A DNA stretch of 41,292 bases from a virus, in the UHGV virus genome UHGV-1356875; one strand, written 5' to 3'. Shown in pieces: positions 8,155 to 18,800 of this stretch; the stretch's first letter is position 1; each line of letters opens with the position of its first letter. A model generated the notes under the pieces. It had not been told where the DNA came from and ran no database searches. It worked only from the letters and a program-made list of their open reading frames with translations. A program made the translations under genes and the position numbers.

Positions 8155-8183
8155 AGGTTACATCTCCTTTATAGTAAAATAAA

Positions 8184-8215
8184 AGAGCCTGGGATGTATG
8201 TCCCAGACTCTCATA
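8184..8215 (-). terminator. Hairpin CTGGGAcatacaTCCCAG plus a U-run on the - strand, between the 8218-8634 gene and the holin
   Basis: Inverted repeat plus GCTCTTTTATTTT read on the - strand. Confidence 0.45.
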
Positions 8216-8217
8216 TA

Positions 8218-8634
8218 TTATTTTAAATGTTTACGTGCTTCTTTAGGAATATCGTCTTTTTTAACTTCTTCATAACTTTTAACTGTATCTAATTTTTGTT
8301 TAATTTTTAAATAGTGATTGAGTTTTAGTCTTTTCATTCCTACATATTTAATTTTTTTACTATTACCTTTTTTATCATAACCTGTTGTTTCGTATACATG
8401 AGTTTGATCTGCATCTTCTTTAGGCTTTTCTTTTACTGGTTTAGTAGTTTTTACATAATATTCTTTTGTCGGCTCAAGAGGGTTCTTCATATTCAAATCT
8501 TTTACATTTTCATTATTTGGATGATGATCACCGTAAATTCTCAATCCAAAAAGTAATCCCATTACTAATAATATAATGACTATTATAGGAATTAATAAAA
8601 TTTTCAAATCTCTCATTAATGAACTCTCCTTCAA
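8218..8634 (-). CDS. N-terminally anchored or secreted Lys-rich protein. Has its own promoter and terminator, so moron-like.
   Basis: Single N-terminal TM or signal (ILLIPIIVIILLVMGLLFGL), then a charged extracellular part. SD GGAGAG. Promoter-like TTGTAA..TAGAAT lies upstream. No homology recognised. Confidence 0.45.
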   Translation of the reverse strand: MKESSLMRDLKILLIPIIVIILLVMGLLFGLRIYGDHHPNNENVKDLNMKNPLEPTKEYYVKTTKPVKEKPKEDADQTHVYETTGYDKKGNSKKIKYVGMKRLKLNHYLKIKQKLDTVKSYEEVKKDDIPKEARKHLK

Positions 8635-8773
8635 TTTAATTACAGTTTAATTGTAGAAGATTCTAAAGAAAGTTACTTTTATCTATTCTTACAAAATGAC
8701 ATCTTAAACTTACAGAGTTGAAAGATTTTAAAGTTATATATGCTTTACTATGATTTTTTCTTTAAATACCACT

Positions 8774-9214
8774 TTAATTAATCACATTTTTTAAAAAATC
8801 GAACAATGGATGGATAAGCCAAGCCACACCACCTCCACCAACAAATATACCTGTAGCTTTTAAAATAAACTCTTTATTTTCTTTACCTTTCTCTTTTGCT
8901 TCTTGTTCTTCTTGACTTAAATGTTTCCTAAGCATTTGAGCATCTTTTTCGACGACAAACAATCGTTGGCCTTGTTCTATAATTTGTTGGTTTGTTTTTT
9001 TCTGTTCAGCACTCATCTCTTTAGTTGCCTCGACCATTTGATTAAGTGTAGGTTTAAATTCTGCTAATAACAAACTTAAATTGTTATAATTGTTCGTATG
9101 TTTTTCATCAACCTCTCTTATTCTTTTATGAATAGCGTCCCTATCTTCATAATAACTTTGGGGCAATTCATTGTTTGGCATAATGCAACACTCCAAAGTA
9201 AGCATAACCACCAC
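8774..9214 (-). CDS. Coiled-coil protein with a C-terminal membrane anchor
   Basis: ORF with a C-terminal hydrophobic segment (GIFVGGGGVAWLIHPLF). Overlaps neighbours in phage style. Confidence 0.4.
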   Translation of the reverse strand: MVVMLTLECCIMPNNELPQSYYEDRDAIHKRIREVDEKHTNNYNNLSLLLAEFKPTLNQMVEATKEMSAEQKKTNQQIIEQGQRLFVVEKDAQMLRKHLSQEEQEAKEKGKENKEFILKATGIFVGGGGVAWLIHPLFDFLKNVIN

Positions 9215-9605
9215 ACGTTAAAGTAGTTAAAAAATAAATAAGAGGTGACATCCAATTTAAAGAATCACTAATACCAGCTAACGTAATTACAAAGAAAAAC
9301 ACAGAACAAATAATCCCTCCTAAAATAAGAGTAATACTATAAACTTTGTTAATATTTCTATAAGGTAAAGCCATAGCTGCAATTGCTAAACATATTCCTC
9401 CTATAAAGAATGGAATCCCCCAAATACTTAAGGGAATTATTTCATTAATACTACTATACAATGGGCTTTTATCGACTTGAATTTCAGAAGCAAATATAAA
9501 AAAAGAACCTCGAGCCATAGCTATTGTTCCAATAAATAATAAAGAAATAACATTAATATATTCCATTTCAGTCATACGGTGTGTTTTCTTCATTTTTCTA
9601 CCCAC
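9168..9605 (-). CDS. Integral membrane protein, about 4 TM
   Basis: Four hydrophobic helices. Function unknown. Confidence 0.4.
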   Translation of the reverse strand: MGRKMKKTHRMTEMEYINVISLLFIGTIAMARGSFFIFASEIQVDKSPLYSSINEIIPLSIWGIPFFIGGICLAIAAMALPYRNINKVYSITLILGGIICSVFFFVITLAGISDSLNWMSPLIYFLTTLTCGGYAYFGVLHYAKQ

Positions 9606-10225
9606 TTTCTATCATTAATTGCAGCGCAGATAGCATTAGCATAGTAATACATGTCTTTTGTCCAATTATGTGTATTTTCTCTATTCTTTTGACTAAAATC
9701 GTTTCGACTAAAAAATTCTTTTCTTTGCTGAGTTGATATTTCAATCTGTACACCCATTCCACAGGCGTTTTTGTTAGTTATATTATTAATTTCTTTACCA
9801 GCAATTCTTTCAGGAGCGGCTTCCACATTAAAACCTGAAACTTTTAAATTGTGAGTAATAAGTGATATAAGTCTTTCATCCAATCCACCAATATAACTAT
9901 TTGCTTGATTGCTTGAATAACCATGTATGGCTATCGTTACATTCATAAATTGATTCCAATATAGTAAATTGGGGTTATCATAATTTGTTGAAGTGACGTG
10001 TAGAGTCCTATTGTTTTTCGGTTTTAAACCTTTAAAAGTGAAGTAGTTTGCATTCGATAATTCTGCAACCAATAATGCTAATTCAGAAGTACCGCACTCT
10101 ATACCACCTCCGTGTATAGCAGTTATAAGTGATTTACTATTTCTATCTTGCGTCTCAATCATCCAATCTTTTTCATTCCTCACAAGTTCAGTCATAGATT
10201 TATAAGTATCCATCACATTATTCAC
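9590..10225 (-). CDS. Poly-gamma-glutamate hydrolase PghP-like (DUF867 / Gamma_PGA_hydro) zinc peptidase
   Basis: Motif ITAIHGGGIECGTSELA (H-GG-IE-GT) plus a second His in IAIHGY, as in phage PghP. Common tail-region gene in Staphylococcus phages. Confidence 0.55.
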   Translation of the reverse strand: MNNVMDTYKSMTELVRNEKDWMIETQDRNSKSLITAIHGGGIECGTSELALLVAELSNANYFTFKGLKPKNNRTLHVTSTNYDNPNLLYWNQFMNVTIAIHGYSSNQANSYIGGLDERLISLITHNLKVSGFNVEAAPERIAGKEINNITNKNACGMGVQIEISTQQRKEFFSRNDFSQKNRENTHNWTKDMYYYANAICAAINDRKWVEK

Positions 10226-11432
10226 CTCCTTTATCTATCATTCTAATTTCTCCGTAAATATAAGCTTCACGACTTACTGACCACTGATCGCTCTGAGAAA
10301 TATAAACTTTAACATCTCCATTAGGTTCAATTGTTAATTGAGCACCGCAAGCTTTAACAGGCACCGTTCTTAGGAACGCAGTTTGCGTACTTGTAATTAA
10401 TTCACTCGGTAACTTCGCTATAGCAGTTCCACTTTTGAAATTGTCAGCGTTAATTCTTAAAATCACTTCCTTGTAATCTTGATGTTGAATAGTTTTATAA
10501 GCGCAATTAAAACCATTTTGTCCTTCAGCTTTATAATGCCTATTTTTTATAGCTCCATTAATTAAATCATATTCGATCCAATCTGAAGATTCAGGTAACT
10601 TTTCTTGTATTTCAGTAATGATTTTACGATGTTCATCAATTGTGACGTATCCCTCTTGACTTAATATATTTTCAATATTCCTAACTTCGATTCTTAAATC
10701 TTTCAAATATTGACTTCCTTTTGTGTCAATTTCGTTGTCATATTCTTCATAAAGATTTTGAATTGTATTTTTAGCCGCGTTAAGAAATTCCTCGACGTCT
10801 TTTACACTTTTACTATGTTGTTGATTAAGTTTGTCCAACCCTTTTTTTGTTTCAATCTGAATCTTTGTAATTCCTTCATCACTTGCATCTTTCACTTTAA
10901 CAACGTAATCTTCTAAATTATCTAATTGTTCTTGTATTTCAGTGGCTCGTGCATTAATTTGTCTTTTTAATTCATCAAACATACGGATATATTTAATTTT
11001 AGTTGCACCATTAATTTTATTTATTATTGCGTTACCCACTTTGAATTCAAATTCGTTTAAAACTGCAGTTGATGATTTATCGCTATCTACCTGATTTAGA
11101 TGATTAATCGAAATATATATTTGACCTATAACAGTTGTATTCGTTGAAGCTTGTAAGAATTCAATAGGTATGGTTACTTCAATAACACCATTCAAAGGGT
11201 CAATAAAACGTACATTTTCTACTACTTGATTAGAACCGTTAGAGGATTCAAGATATATGTACGTTTCAGTGTTTTCTTCACTAATTAATAAAGGTTCGTT
11301 GTTTTTAGTCACATAAAACCTTAAAACAGCAGTTTTATCATCTAAATTATAAAAACCGATACCTTCATCAGATATCGGTTTTAAGTAAGGCTCGTTTTTA
11401 ACTTCAATTTTACCAATCTTTTGTAATTCCAT
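10218..11432 (-). CDS. Tail fibre / minor structural protein (coiled-coil middle, beta-rich ends)
   Basis: Position in the tail module and composition only. Confidence 0.35.
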   Translation of the reverse strand: MELQKIGKIEVKNEPYLKPISDEGIGFYNLDDKTAVLRFYVTKNNEPLLISEENTETYIYLESSNGSNQVVENVRFIDPLNGVIEVTIPIEFLQASTNTTVIGQIYISINHLNQVDSDKSSTAVLNEFEFKVGNAIINKINGATKIKYIRMFDELKRQINARATEIQEQLDNLEDYVVKVKDASDEGITKIQIETKKGLDKLNQQHSKSVKDVEEFLNAAKNTIQNLYEEYDNEIDTKGSQYLKDLRIEVRNIENILSQEGYVTIDEHRKIITEIQEKLPESSDWIEYDLINGAIKNRHYKAEGQNGFNCAYKTIQHQDYKEVILRINADNFKSGTAIAKLPSELITSTQTAFLRTVPVKACGAQLTIEPNGDVKVYISQSDQWSVSREAYIYGEIRMIDKGGE

Positions 11433-13294
11433 TATTTTTCCTCCCCATTTATAACGTTTCTTAAATCATCATCGTATATAGTATTAGGGTAAATTTGTGT
11501 GAACGTATCTTCTTTAAGATTACCGTATTCTCCAGATTTTAATATCTGAATAGAATTAGCAGAATGCGTAGGAGTGAACTTCGCAAATAATTTAATTTGT
11601 TTTATTGTTACAATGCCAGCACCTTTTTTCTTAACATCTAATACTGGCATTACTGTATCAGTACGTTTAGTACCTGGTTCAGTAATCGTTGACATTTGAA
11701 CACCAGCAGCAGCATATATAGGGAAGGTCGTATTTCCTTTGTTTAGTTTATGTTCAATTGAAAATAGATTACGTTTTCTACTTTTACCAAACCCAAAGAA
11801 TGGATGATAATTTTGAACAATATTAGGGCTAATCCCCACTGTAACATCTCTATCAACGTTTATAGTCACATATCCATAGAGCTCTACAAATCCATTTGCT
11901 AAAACTTTGAAACGCTGCTGACTCATCATTATACGTTGCCATTCATTTCTTTCTGCACGTAAGGTAATGACTTCAGATGTTTTATTGTTAAATCTATCAT
12001 CATAGACCATAACTTTAATAAAAGGATCTAAAGATGTTTGACCATTTTGATAAGATTCAAATTGTGCCATTCTAAAAATTACATTACCTACCCAGCGTAC
12101 TGAACGTCTCATTTCTTCGGGACTTTTCTTTTCACCGACACGTTTTTCATTTATTTCTGAAAGATATGACGTTGTTTTATTTCGAATACCTACCCAATTA
12201 CTAAAAGATGATAATGTACTGGAACCCCAAACAACGAGATCTCCGTTACTTTTTAAATTGTTAATGAGTTGAGTCATATTATTATTTTTTTGATTGGCCC
12301 ATCGAGGATAAAATAAACAGTAATCATTATTTACTGAAATGATATCATGCAAATCCAAGTGAGCTGTCAAATTATCTATACGTTGAACTAAGTTACGCAT
12401 ATTTTGTGATTCTTTTTCAGAAAAAGGACTTTTGCCTTTGAAGTTAGATTTATCTGGATCTGTCCCTTTACCTGCTTTCCAGTTATAATCAAAATTTCTG
12501 TTTAAATCTACATTATTCACATTCTCTCTTTTTTGATTTGCAAATCCCCACGGGTTAACCATAGGAACATAAATTAAACGTACATTTTTTCTTAAGTAAG
12601 TTAATTGAGGATACTTTTCCCACTCATTGACCAATAGGTTGACTATATGACACATATCGAAAAATCCAGTGGTCTCATTACCATGTATACATGAAGTGAT
12701 AAGTAAAGTTTTGTGGTAATTTTGCGGTTCAAACGTGAATTTGTACACATTATATTTTCCTGATGTATCTTCTCCGACAACTTCTTTTGTAACATATTGA
12801 TTATCAACTAAAGGATTTAAAAATGCTTCAATATGGGCTTCTGGTTCCCAATTATTTGGTGTTCCATTTTCACCTAATCTATTTCCTGGTATATATGGAG
12901 GATTCCAAATAAAATCGACTGCACCATTTGAATGTATTTCTTTATCTAATTTTCTTTTAATTCCTAAGAAGTCATGAAGAAGCCTTTCTTGCAACAAGGG
13001 ATGTACGGTACCATCTATTGATACTCTGGCTTGTTTTGTTTCAGCTATACCGTCTCCATTTGCTCCTAAAACAAGCCCATTAATATTACCATTAAGATAA
13101 TCTAAAAATGCAGAAACGTTTGTATTTCTATAATCAACTTGCATGGCTTGATGAGCATGATGCTTAGTTTCTGCGTGTGCTCGATGCTGATGATCTAATT
13201 CATTATAATAATTAAGTATTATTCTAAAATTATTTATCATCTTGGTTCTAAATGTGTGCCCTATTTGAATAGGAAAGTCTAAAGTTAATAACAT
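11432..13294 (-). CDS. Tail-associated protein with a possible M14-like zinc carboxypeptidase domain (SCIHGNETTG)
   Basis: HGNE motif as in M14 / AstE-AspA zinc hydrolases. SD AAAGGAGG. Position after Tal. Confidence 0.35.
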   Translation of the reverse strand: MLLTLDFPIQIGHTFRTKMINNFRIILNYYNELDHQHRAHAETKHHAHQAMQVDYRNTNVSAFLDYLNGNINGLVLGANGDGIAETKQARVSIDGTVHPLLQERLLHDFLGIKRKLDKEIHSNGAVDFIWNPPYIPGNRLGENGTPNNWEPEAHIEAFLNPLVDNQYVTKEVVGEDTSGKYNVYKFTFEPQNYHKTLLITSCIHGNETTGFFDMCHIVNLLVNEWEKYPQLTYLRKNVRLIYVPMVNPWGFANQKRENVNNVDLNRNFDYNWKAGKGTDPDKSNFKGKSPFSEKESQNMRNLVQRIDNLTAHLDLHDIISVNNDYCLFYPRWANQKNNNMTQLINNLKSNGDLVVWGSSTLSSFSNWVGIRNKTTSYLSEINEKRVGEKKSPEEMRRSVRWVGNVIFRMAQFESYQNGQTSLDPFIKVMVYDDRFNNKTSEVITLRAERNEWQRIMMSQQRFKVLANGFVELYGYVTINVDRDVTVGISPNIVQNYHPFFGFGKSRKRNLFSIEHKLNKGNTTFPIYAAAGVQMSTITEPGTKRTDTVMPVLDVKKKGAGIVTIKQIKLFAKFTPTHSANSIQILKSGEYGNLKEDTFTQIYPNTIYDDDLRNVINGEEK

Positions 13295-13306
13295 TTTATG
13301 AACCTC

Positions 13307-13483
13307 CTTTTATTCCTTCTCTAAATGAGATATTCTTTTTTTAAATTCTTCATTTTCTTTTTCCAAATTTTCTATTTTGTCTAAGTAAACATCTAAACCG
13401 ATGACTGCCTCTATGTGCGTGACTGGAAAATATTCTTCTCCATCTCTATCTTGTAGATATCTTATCGATACTTCTTTACTCAT
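13307..13483 (-). CDS. Small coiled-coil protein, 58 aa (MSKEVSIRYLQDRDGEEYFPVTHIEAVIGLDVYLDKIENLEKENEEFKKRISHLEKE)
   Basis: ATGAGTAA overlaps the Tal stop. Fills the 180-nt gap. Below the ORF-track cutoff. Confidence 0.35.
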
Positions 13484-15044
13484 CAATCAATACACTTCCT
13501 ACTGTTTCGTTATATTCCTGTAACACATTTAAAGAATAGTCACTAGTTTTGAATCCTTTTTTCATAAGATTATTAAACTTTCTTAACCTACGATTGAACT
13601 GTGATTGCATTTGTATAATATCTTTCTGAGCATTACTGAATTCCACTTCAATAGGCTGCGAAACAAGGGGATGATATTCAGTAAGCTTGACAACTTTTAA
13701 ATCGGTATTAAACCCGATAGGTTTGTGTATAAATCGAATAGTATTATTTTCATGAATACTTTCTAATCCTAAATAATTCGTTGCTACTTCAATTGTTGGA
13801 ATATCATCAAGTGTTTCTTTTAATTTCTTCTTTAACTCTGATTGGCTTGTAATATTATCATCATATATTGTAGGGGCTTCTGATTTACCATATTGCTTAT
13901 AATATGGAGACTTATACTCAGCATATACATGATAAATATCTTTACCTTTAAGAACTGCAGTTAGATTTAAAACACTACTTTTACTAGTACCAACATACAT
14001 GACTGGATTAGATTTCTTATAATCAATGCCGGATTTTTTCGATTTAAAAATTCCTCTAAAAGAATGTTTACCTTTTGATAATCCTTTAGCTAAAATCACT
14101 TTTTGCGTCGAAGCATGAGCGCTGTAACAATCAAAAGTCCCTTTGGACTTATCATCAATAAATACTTCGATTATTCCACCTTTAGGTCCTTTTTTTAGAT
14201 TCCAAGTTAAGGTTTCATTCCCCCACTTACAATAAAATGTCTTATAAAAGGAGTCTCCTATATGTTCAGTAGACCAAGTACCTTCTTTATTAAAATTTCC
14301 AGAATACGAGAAATCTTTAGGCTTTATAGGTTTATAGTTTTTCGTTTCGGATTTTGACTTTTTCTTTCCGTATCCTTGAATGTAGGTACGTAATTCAGTT
14401 GTGATTGTTTTAGCCGAAACCGAACTATTGTTATATTTATAAACTAATATTTCATCTGATTTTTTATAAAAATTATCAGGTGTATAAATATGGAAAGTTT
14501 TATTATCAGCAAAAAATATATAGCCAAAATGCTCAGCACCTTCAATAAGATGTTCTAAACCATTTTTATCTCCGAACTCTTCAATATATTTACTCTCATT
14601 AAACTTTCCATGTAACTTATAATCGAAATTAAGTTTATTATTTTTGAATGCAAAATCAAGGTACTCTTTAACTTTCATAGAAATTTTTGTTTCAGTCTCA
14701 TCTTCATCATTCAGTGACTCATCATCTAAATCTTTAGGTATATAATGATTTTGAAATTCCATAGAAATATGCTTAGCCTCAATTTCATTAAGTATTACAC
14801 CTTCTTCATACTTAAGTTCAGTAGATTTAATAACATATTTCTGACCCTTCCAAATTAAATAATTTTCATTAATCAAACTATCGAATATATCGGCGTTAGC
14901 ATTAGTTTTATAAGCAGTGAGAGATATGGATCGCTCATTATTTTGTTCATATTCATATTTAAAGGAACCAAAATCAAAGTCATTAACAATTTCCGAAAAT
15001 GTCCCTTCTCTATTCATAAATATTAGATTTTCCAATATTCTCAC
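13476..15044 (-). CDS. Tail-associated lysin / Tal (prophage endopeptidase tail family)
   Basis: Size and position directly after Dit. Typical siphovirus arrangement. Confidence 0.5.
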   Translation of the reverse strand: MRILENLIFMNREGTFSEIVNDFDFGSFKYEYEQNNERSISLTAYKTNANADIFDSLINENYLIWKGQKYVIKSTELKYEEGVILNEIEAKHISMEFQNHYIPKDLDDESLNDEDETETKISMKVKEYLDFAFKNNKLNFDYKLHGKFNESKYIEEFGDKNGLEHLIEGAEHFGYIFFADNKTFHIYTPDNFYKKSDEILVYKYNNSSVSAKTITTELRTYIQGYGKKKSKSETKNYKPIKPKDFSYSGNFNKEGTWSTEHIGDSFYKTFYCKWGNETLTWNLKKGPKGGIIEVFIDDKSKGTFDCYSAHASTQKVILAKGLSKGKHSFRGIFKSKKSGIDYKKSNPVMYVGTSKSSVLNLTAVLKGKDIYHVYAEYKSPYYKQYGKSEAPTIYDDNITSQSELKKKLKETLDDIPTIEVATNYLGLESIHENNTIRFIHKPIGFNTDLKVVKLTEYHPLVSQPIEVEFSNAQKDIIQMQSQFNRRLRKFNNLMKKGFKTSDYSLNVLQEYNETVGSVLIDE

Positions 15045-15878
15045 CTACCTATAAATGTAATTAAATATAAATTCTGTTTTAGGACTATTGGATATATTGT
15101 GACCTCTAATTAAAATTTCATTCCAACCCGGCGCTAAAGTAATAAAATCATAATTTGTGTCTTTACCAACTCTTTTATTATTAATATAAGGATGCACTCC
15201 TATAATCGAAACCGTATTACGCTTTTTGAGAGGTTTTTTATATTCAAATATATCATTTGTGGTTAGATTAACGATTTCAAATCCATAAGGTGCTGTAAGT
15301 GTGCAATTAATATTTAATTTGTGTCTTAATAAAGGGTTAATGGTGTCTTTAGAACCGTTAAATATTTTAAAGTAACGAATATTGTGTTTATATTTAACTT
15401 CATCACTTCCTATAACACCTTGTTCAAACTGCCAACTTTCATCAGTCCAACTAAATTCAGAAGTGTCTTTTAATGATTCTGCATATCCTTTGTAGACAGA
15501 GTAAGTCACCTCAATAAGTCCAAATTGACTTGTTAGGTTTTCATTACTCACTCCCTCTGGTATAACTGCATACTTTTTACCTGGCATATCTGAATGCCAT
15601 ACGAAATAAGGATCTCTCCTATTTATCAATTGACGTAACTTTTCTTTTGCTAATCTATATTCTTTATAATCCATACCTTTATATGAAAATCTCAGTATCA
15701 AATTAAAAGGACCGAAATTCATCGGTCCTTGTAAAACGCCATCGCTACCATTAACTTCAATCTGATTAGACTTTCTATCTAAATCCTCTTCTTCAAATTC
15801 TAGAAACTTAAGATGAGGAAGGTCCGTTAGTGTTTCTTCGAAATGATCGTTAAATATTTTTACTTTTTTATTTTCCAA
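15045..15878 (-). CDS. Distal tail protein (Dit)
   Basis: Immediately downstream of the TMP. About 277 aa, as for Sipho_tail proteins. Confidence 0.5.
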   Translation of the reverse strand: MENKKVKIFNDHFEETLTDLPHLKFLEFEEEDLDRKSNQIEVNGSDGVLQGPMNFGPFNLILRFSYKGMDYKEYRLAKEKLRQLINRRDPYFVWHSDMPGKKYAVIPEGVSNENLTSQFGLIEVTYSVYKGYAESLKDTSEFSWTDESWQFEQGVIGSDEVKYKHNIRYFKIFNGSKDTINPLLRHKLNINCTLTAPYGFEIVNLTTNDIFEYKKPLKKRNTVSIIGVHPYINNKRVGKDTNYDFITLAPGWNEILIRGHNISNSPKTEFIFNYIYR

Positions 15879-15879
15879 T

Positions 15880-18800
15880 TTATAAACCTCCCTGGCTATA
15901 AGCAGCGAGTCTTAACCTTGAACCTTGTGCCTGACTTACATCGCGTTCTGAAAAACCTTTCGGTTGTTTTTCAATATTTTCATTACTTCGTGCTATTTCC
16001 ATTAACACGTTTATTTGTTTCTGTTGATTTTCTATCATTTGTAGTAGCAATTCTGCGTTATCAACTGTATTACTAGTAACACTAGGTGTACGTAATTGGT
16101 TAGGTCGTTTATTTCTGTTATTTCCACTAATTTTACTCGCAGCAAGATGTAACAATTTCATCGCATCTGATTGTCTGCTTGGATCTGTAGGGATTACAAT
16201 TTCTGGATAACCCCCTTCAGCAAGTTGATACATTCCCGATGTATTAATAACTCCGCCTGTAGCATAAGCATAATCTCCAGCACGTTTAAATGCACTTCTC
16301 CAACTTCCCATAATAGGAACCCACTTACCTACAATGTAACGCATAGCAGATATAGCTTCGTCAGTTGGGTTTAAGATGTTTCCGTGCCCTGGTTTAGCAT
16401 ATGCTCTAAAAGATGATCCAATCATTTGGAACATACCTTTAGAAGGGTCTCCCATTCTAGCGTTAATGTCCCAGTTGTTAACTGCATCGGCTTGGAAATT
16501 AGATTCACGCTTGGCAACTCTCATCATTTGTTCGGTAATATAAGACGATTTATAACGTCCACCTAAAATAGATTGTGCTCTTTGAATTGCTCTACGTGCG
16601 TTTGCAGAACCACTACCACCAACTTTTCCGCCACCGTGACCTTTGAGCCACTTAAGTGGGTTTACAGTATTCTGGTTAGTAATATCATTATGTCTACCTT
16701 TTTCGACTTGGAAATGTAAGTGAGGACCAGTAGTCCAGTTACCACTATTACCTGTTTTAGCTATAGGTTCTCCTGCCTGTACTTTACCGTGTTTCAATAT
16801 TTTAGATAAGTGCATAAAAAATAATGTGAATTGACCTGTTAAAAGTCTTGCAACAAGCCCTCCGCCAAAGTTATGCAATTCACCTAACTGTCCGCTATTC
16901 GTAGCGTTGATTGTCGTACCAAAAGGTGCGCCAAAGTCAATACCGTAATGATGACCTCCACCAAAACTATAACCAGGAGCGCCACCATTAGGATAATATC
17001 CCGTAGTAATTGGGAACTTAGTAAAGGAAGAGCCATCGCCGCCACCGGCATCATTAAGCCATTCGTCAAATAATGATTTGACACCACTCTTTAATTTCTT
17101 GTAGGCTCCTTGCATTAAATCAAAAGGTAAAGGTGCATCCTTGAGAAAATTAAAGTTAAATCCAACTTTGTCAAAAATTTTGTTAACTAATTTACCAGGG
17201 TGTCCTATATAATCAAATACATCTCCTATACCTGATATAACTGCACTTCCAACTTTTTTAGCTTTAACCGCAACCTCAGAACCAACTTTCTTCACTTGAT
17301 CTACTGCATTTCCTCCCAAGTCCTTGCCTTTTCCTACTGTGCCTTTAATAGATTTTTTACCTTTTCCAAACATATATTCAGCTTTTTCTTTGATAGCTGA
17401 ACCGATACTAAAACGAGGCATTTGGGATAGCATCGCATGAGTTTGTGTGCCATTATAAACTTTAGAACCTTTAGGTAAGAATGTGGTTGTATCTCTATTA
17501 GGGGTAATAGTCGTTTTACCGTTAGGATACTCAATCATTTCATGTCTAAATCCACTAGGGCCATTACCTCTACCTTTGTCTCCGACTGTCGCAAAAGTGT
17601 CTCGGTTAATTTTCCCATGACTCACATATTTTTTAGATGCGTTTGTCCCTGTACTTAATTTAATAGACGGTAATTTATCCATACCTAATTTATCAGCAAC
17701 CCAGTTAACGCCACTGATCAATTTATTCAATCCTTTTTTAACACCTTTGACCATTCCGCCAAAAAGATTACCAATTTTACCGGTAACTGTTTTGATACCG
17801 TCTCTCATTTTATTCATGGTGCCCATAACTTTCGATTTCATGCTATTTACTATAGATACAGTAGTACTTTTAATTCCATTCCATTTCTTGCTCATGAAGC
17901 CACCAACAGCATTCATGGTGTTATGAGTACCTTTTTTAAGTGATCCCCAAGCACCTTTGACGCCTGACCATAGGGCTTTCGCTTTATTAACAGTACCTTT
18001 TTTAATACTGTTCCATTTAGAACTCATGAAACTACCGACTGCTTTAAATATGCCAATTGTACCTTTTTTGAGTGCATTCCATGTATTTCTAACTCCAGAC
18101 CATAATGCTTTCGCTCGATTAATGACAGTATTTTTCATAGCAGTCCAGATTCTAACTGTGGCATTCTTTATAGCATTAAATATTGCAGAAACACCTTTTT
18201 TTAATGCATTAAACACAGAAAGAACACCTTTGCGTAAAGTTCGAACAATTCCTAATACAGCATTTTTTAGTGCAGTCCACACTTTAATAGAGAAATTTTT
18301 AATAGCATTAAATATCGTAACTACTATACGTTTAATAAGGTTGATATTGAATTTCACTTGCGCAACATACGCTTTAATAATTGCTATAACACCGTTCTTC
18401 AAGGCGGTCCAGATTTTAATAGCACTATTCTTCATAGCGTTCCAGATAGTCGACAAAATAGTTTTCAATGTTTTGATAGGATGTAATATAGCAAGTTTAA
18501 TTCCGTTCCATGTAGCTACAGCAACGGTTTTAATTCCGTTCCATACTGCAATTGTTGAAGCTTTTATAGCATTCCATATAGCTACTATATAAGTCTTAAT
18601 AAACCCAAATATAGTTACTGCCGAATTTTTAATAGCATTCCAAGCAGTAATTACACTATTTCTAAACGAACTATTTGTTTTCCATAAATGAATAAGTCCA
18701 GCTACTAATAATCCGATAGCTGTAATAACTATACCGACTGGACCAGTCATAAACCTTATAGCTAATCCTAAGCCTTTAGTTGCTAAAGCTGCACCTTTAG

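Noticed and set aside
17950-18700. Highly periodic DNA repeats considered as a CRISPR-like or tandem repeat array
   Set aside because: The ~33-bp periodicity encodes the 11-aa WNxIK repeats of the tape measure protein. There are no spacer or direct-repeat units.
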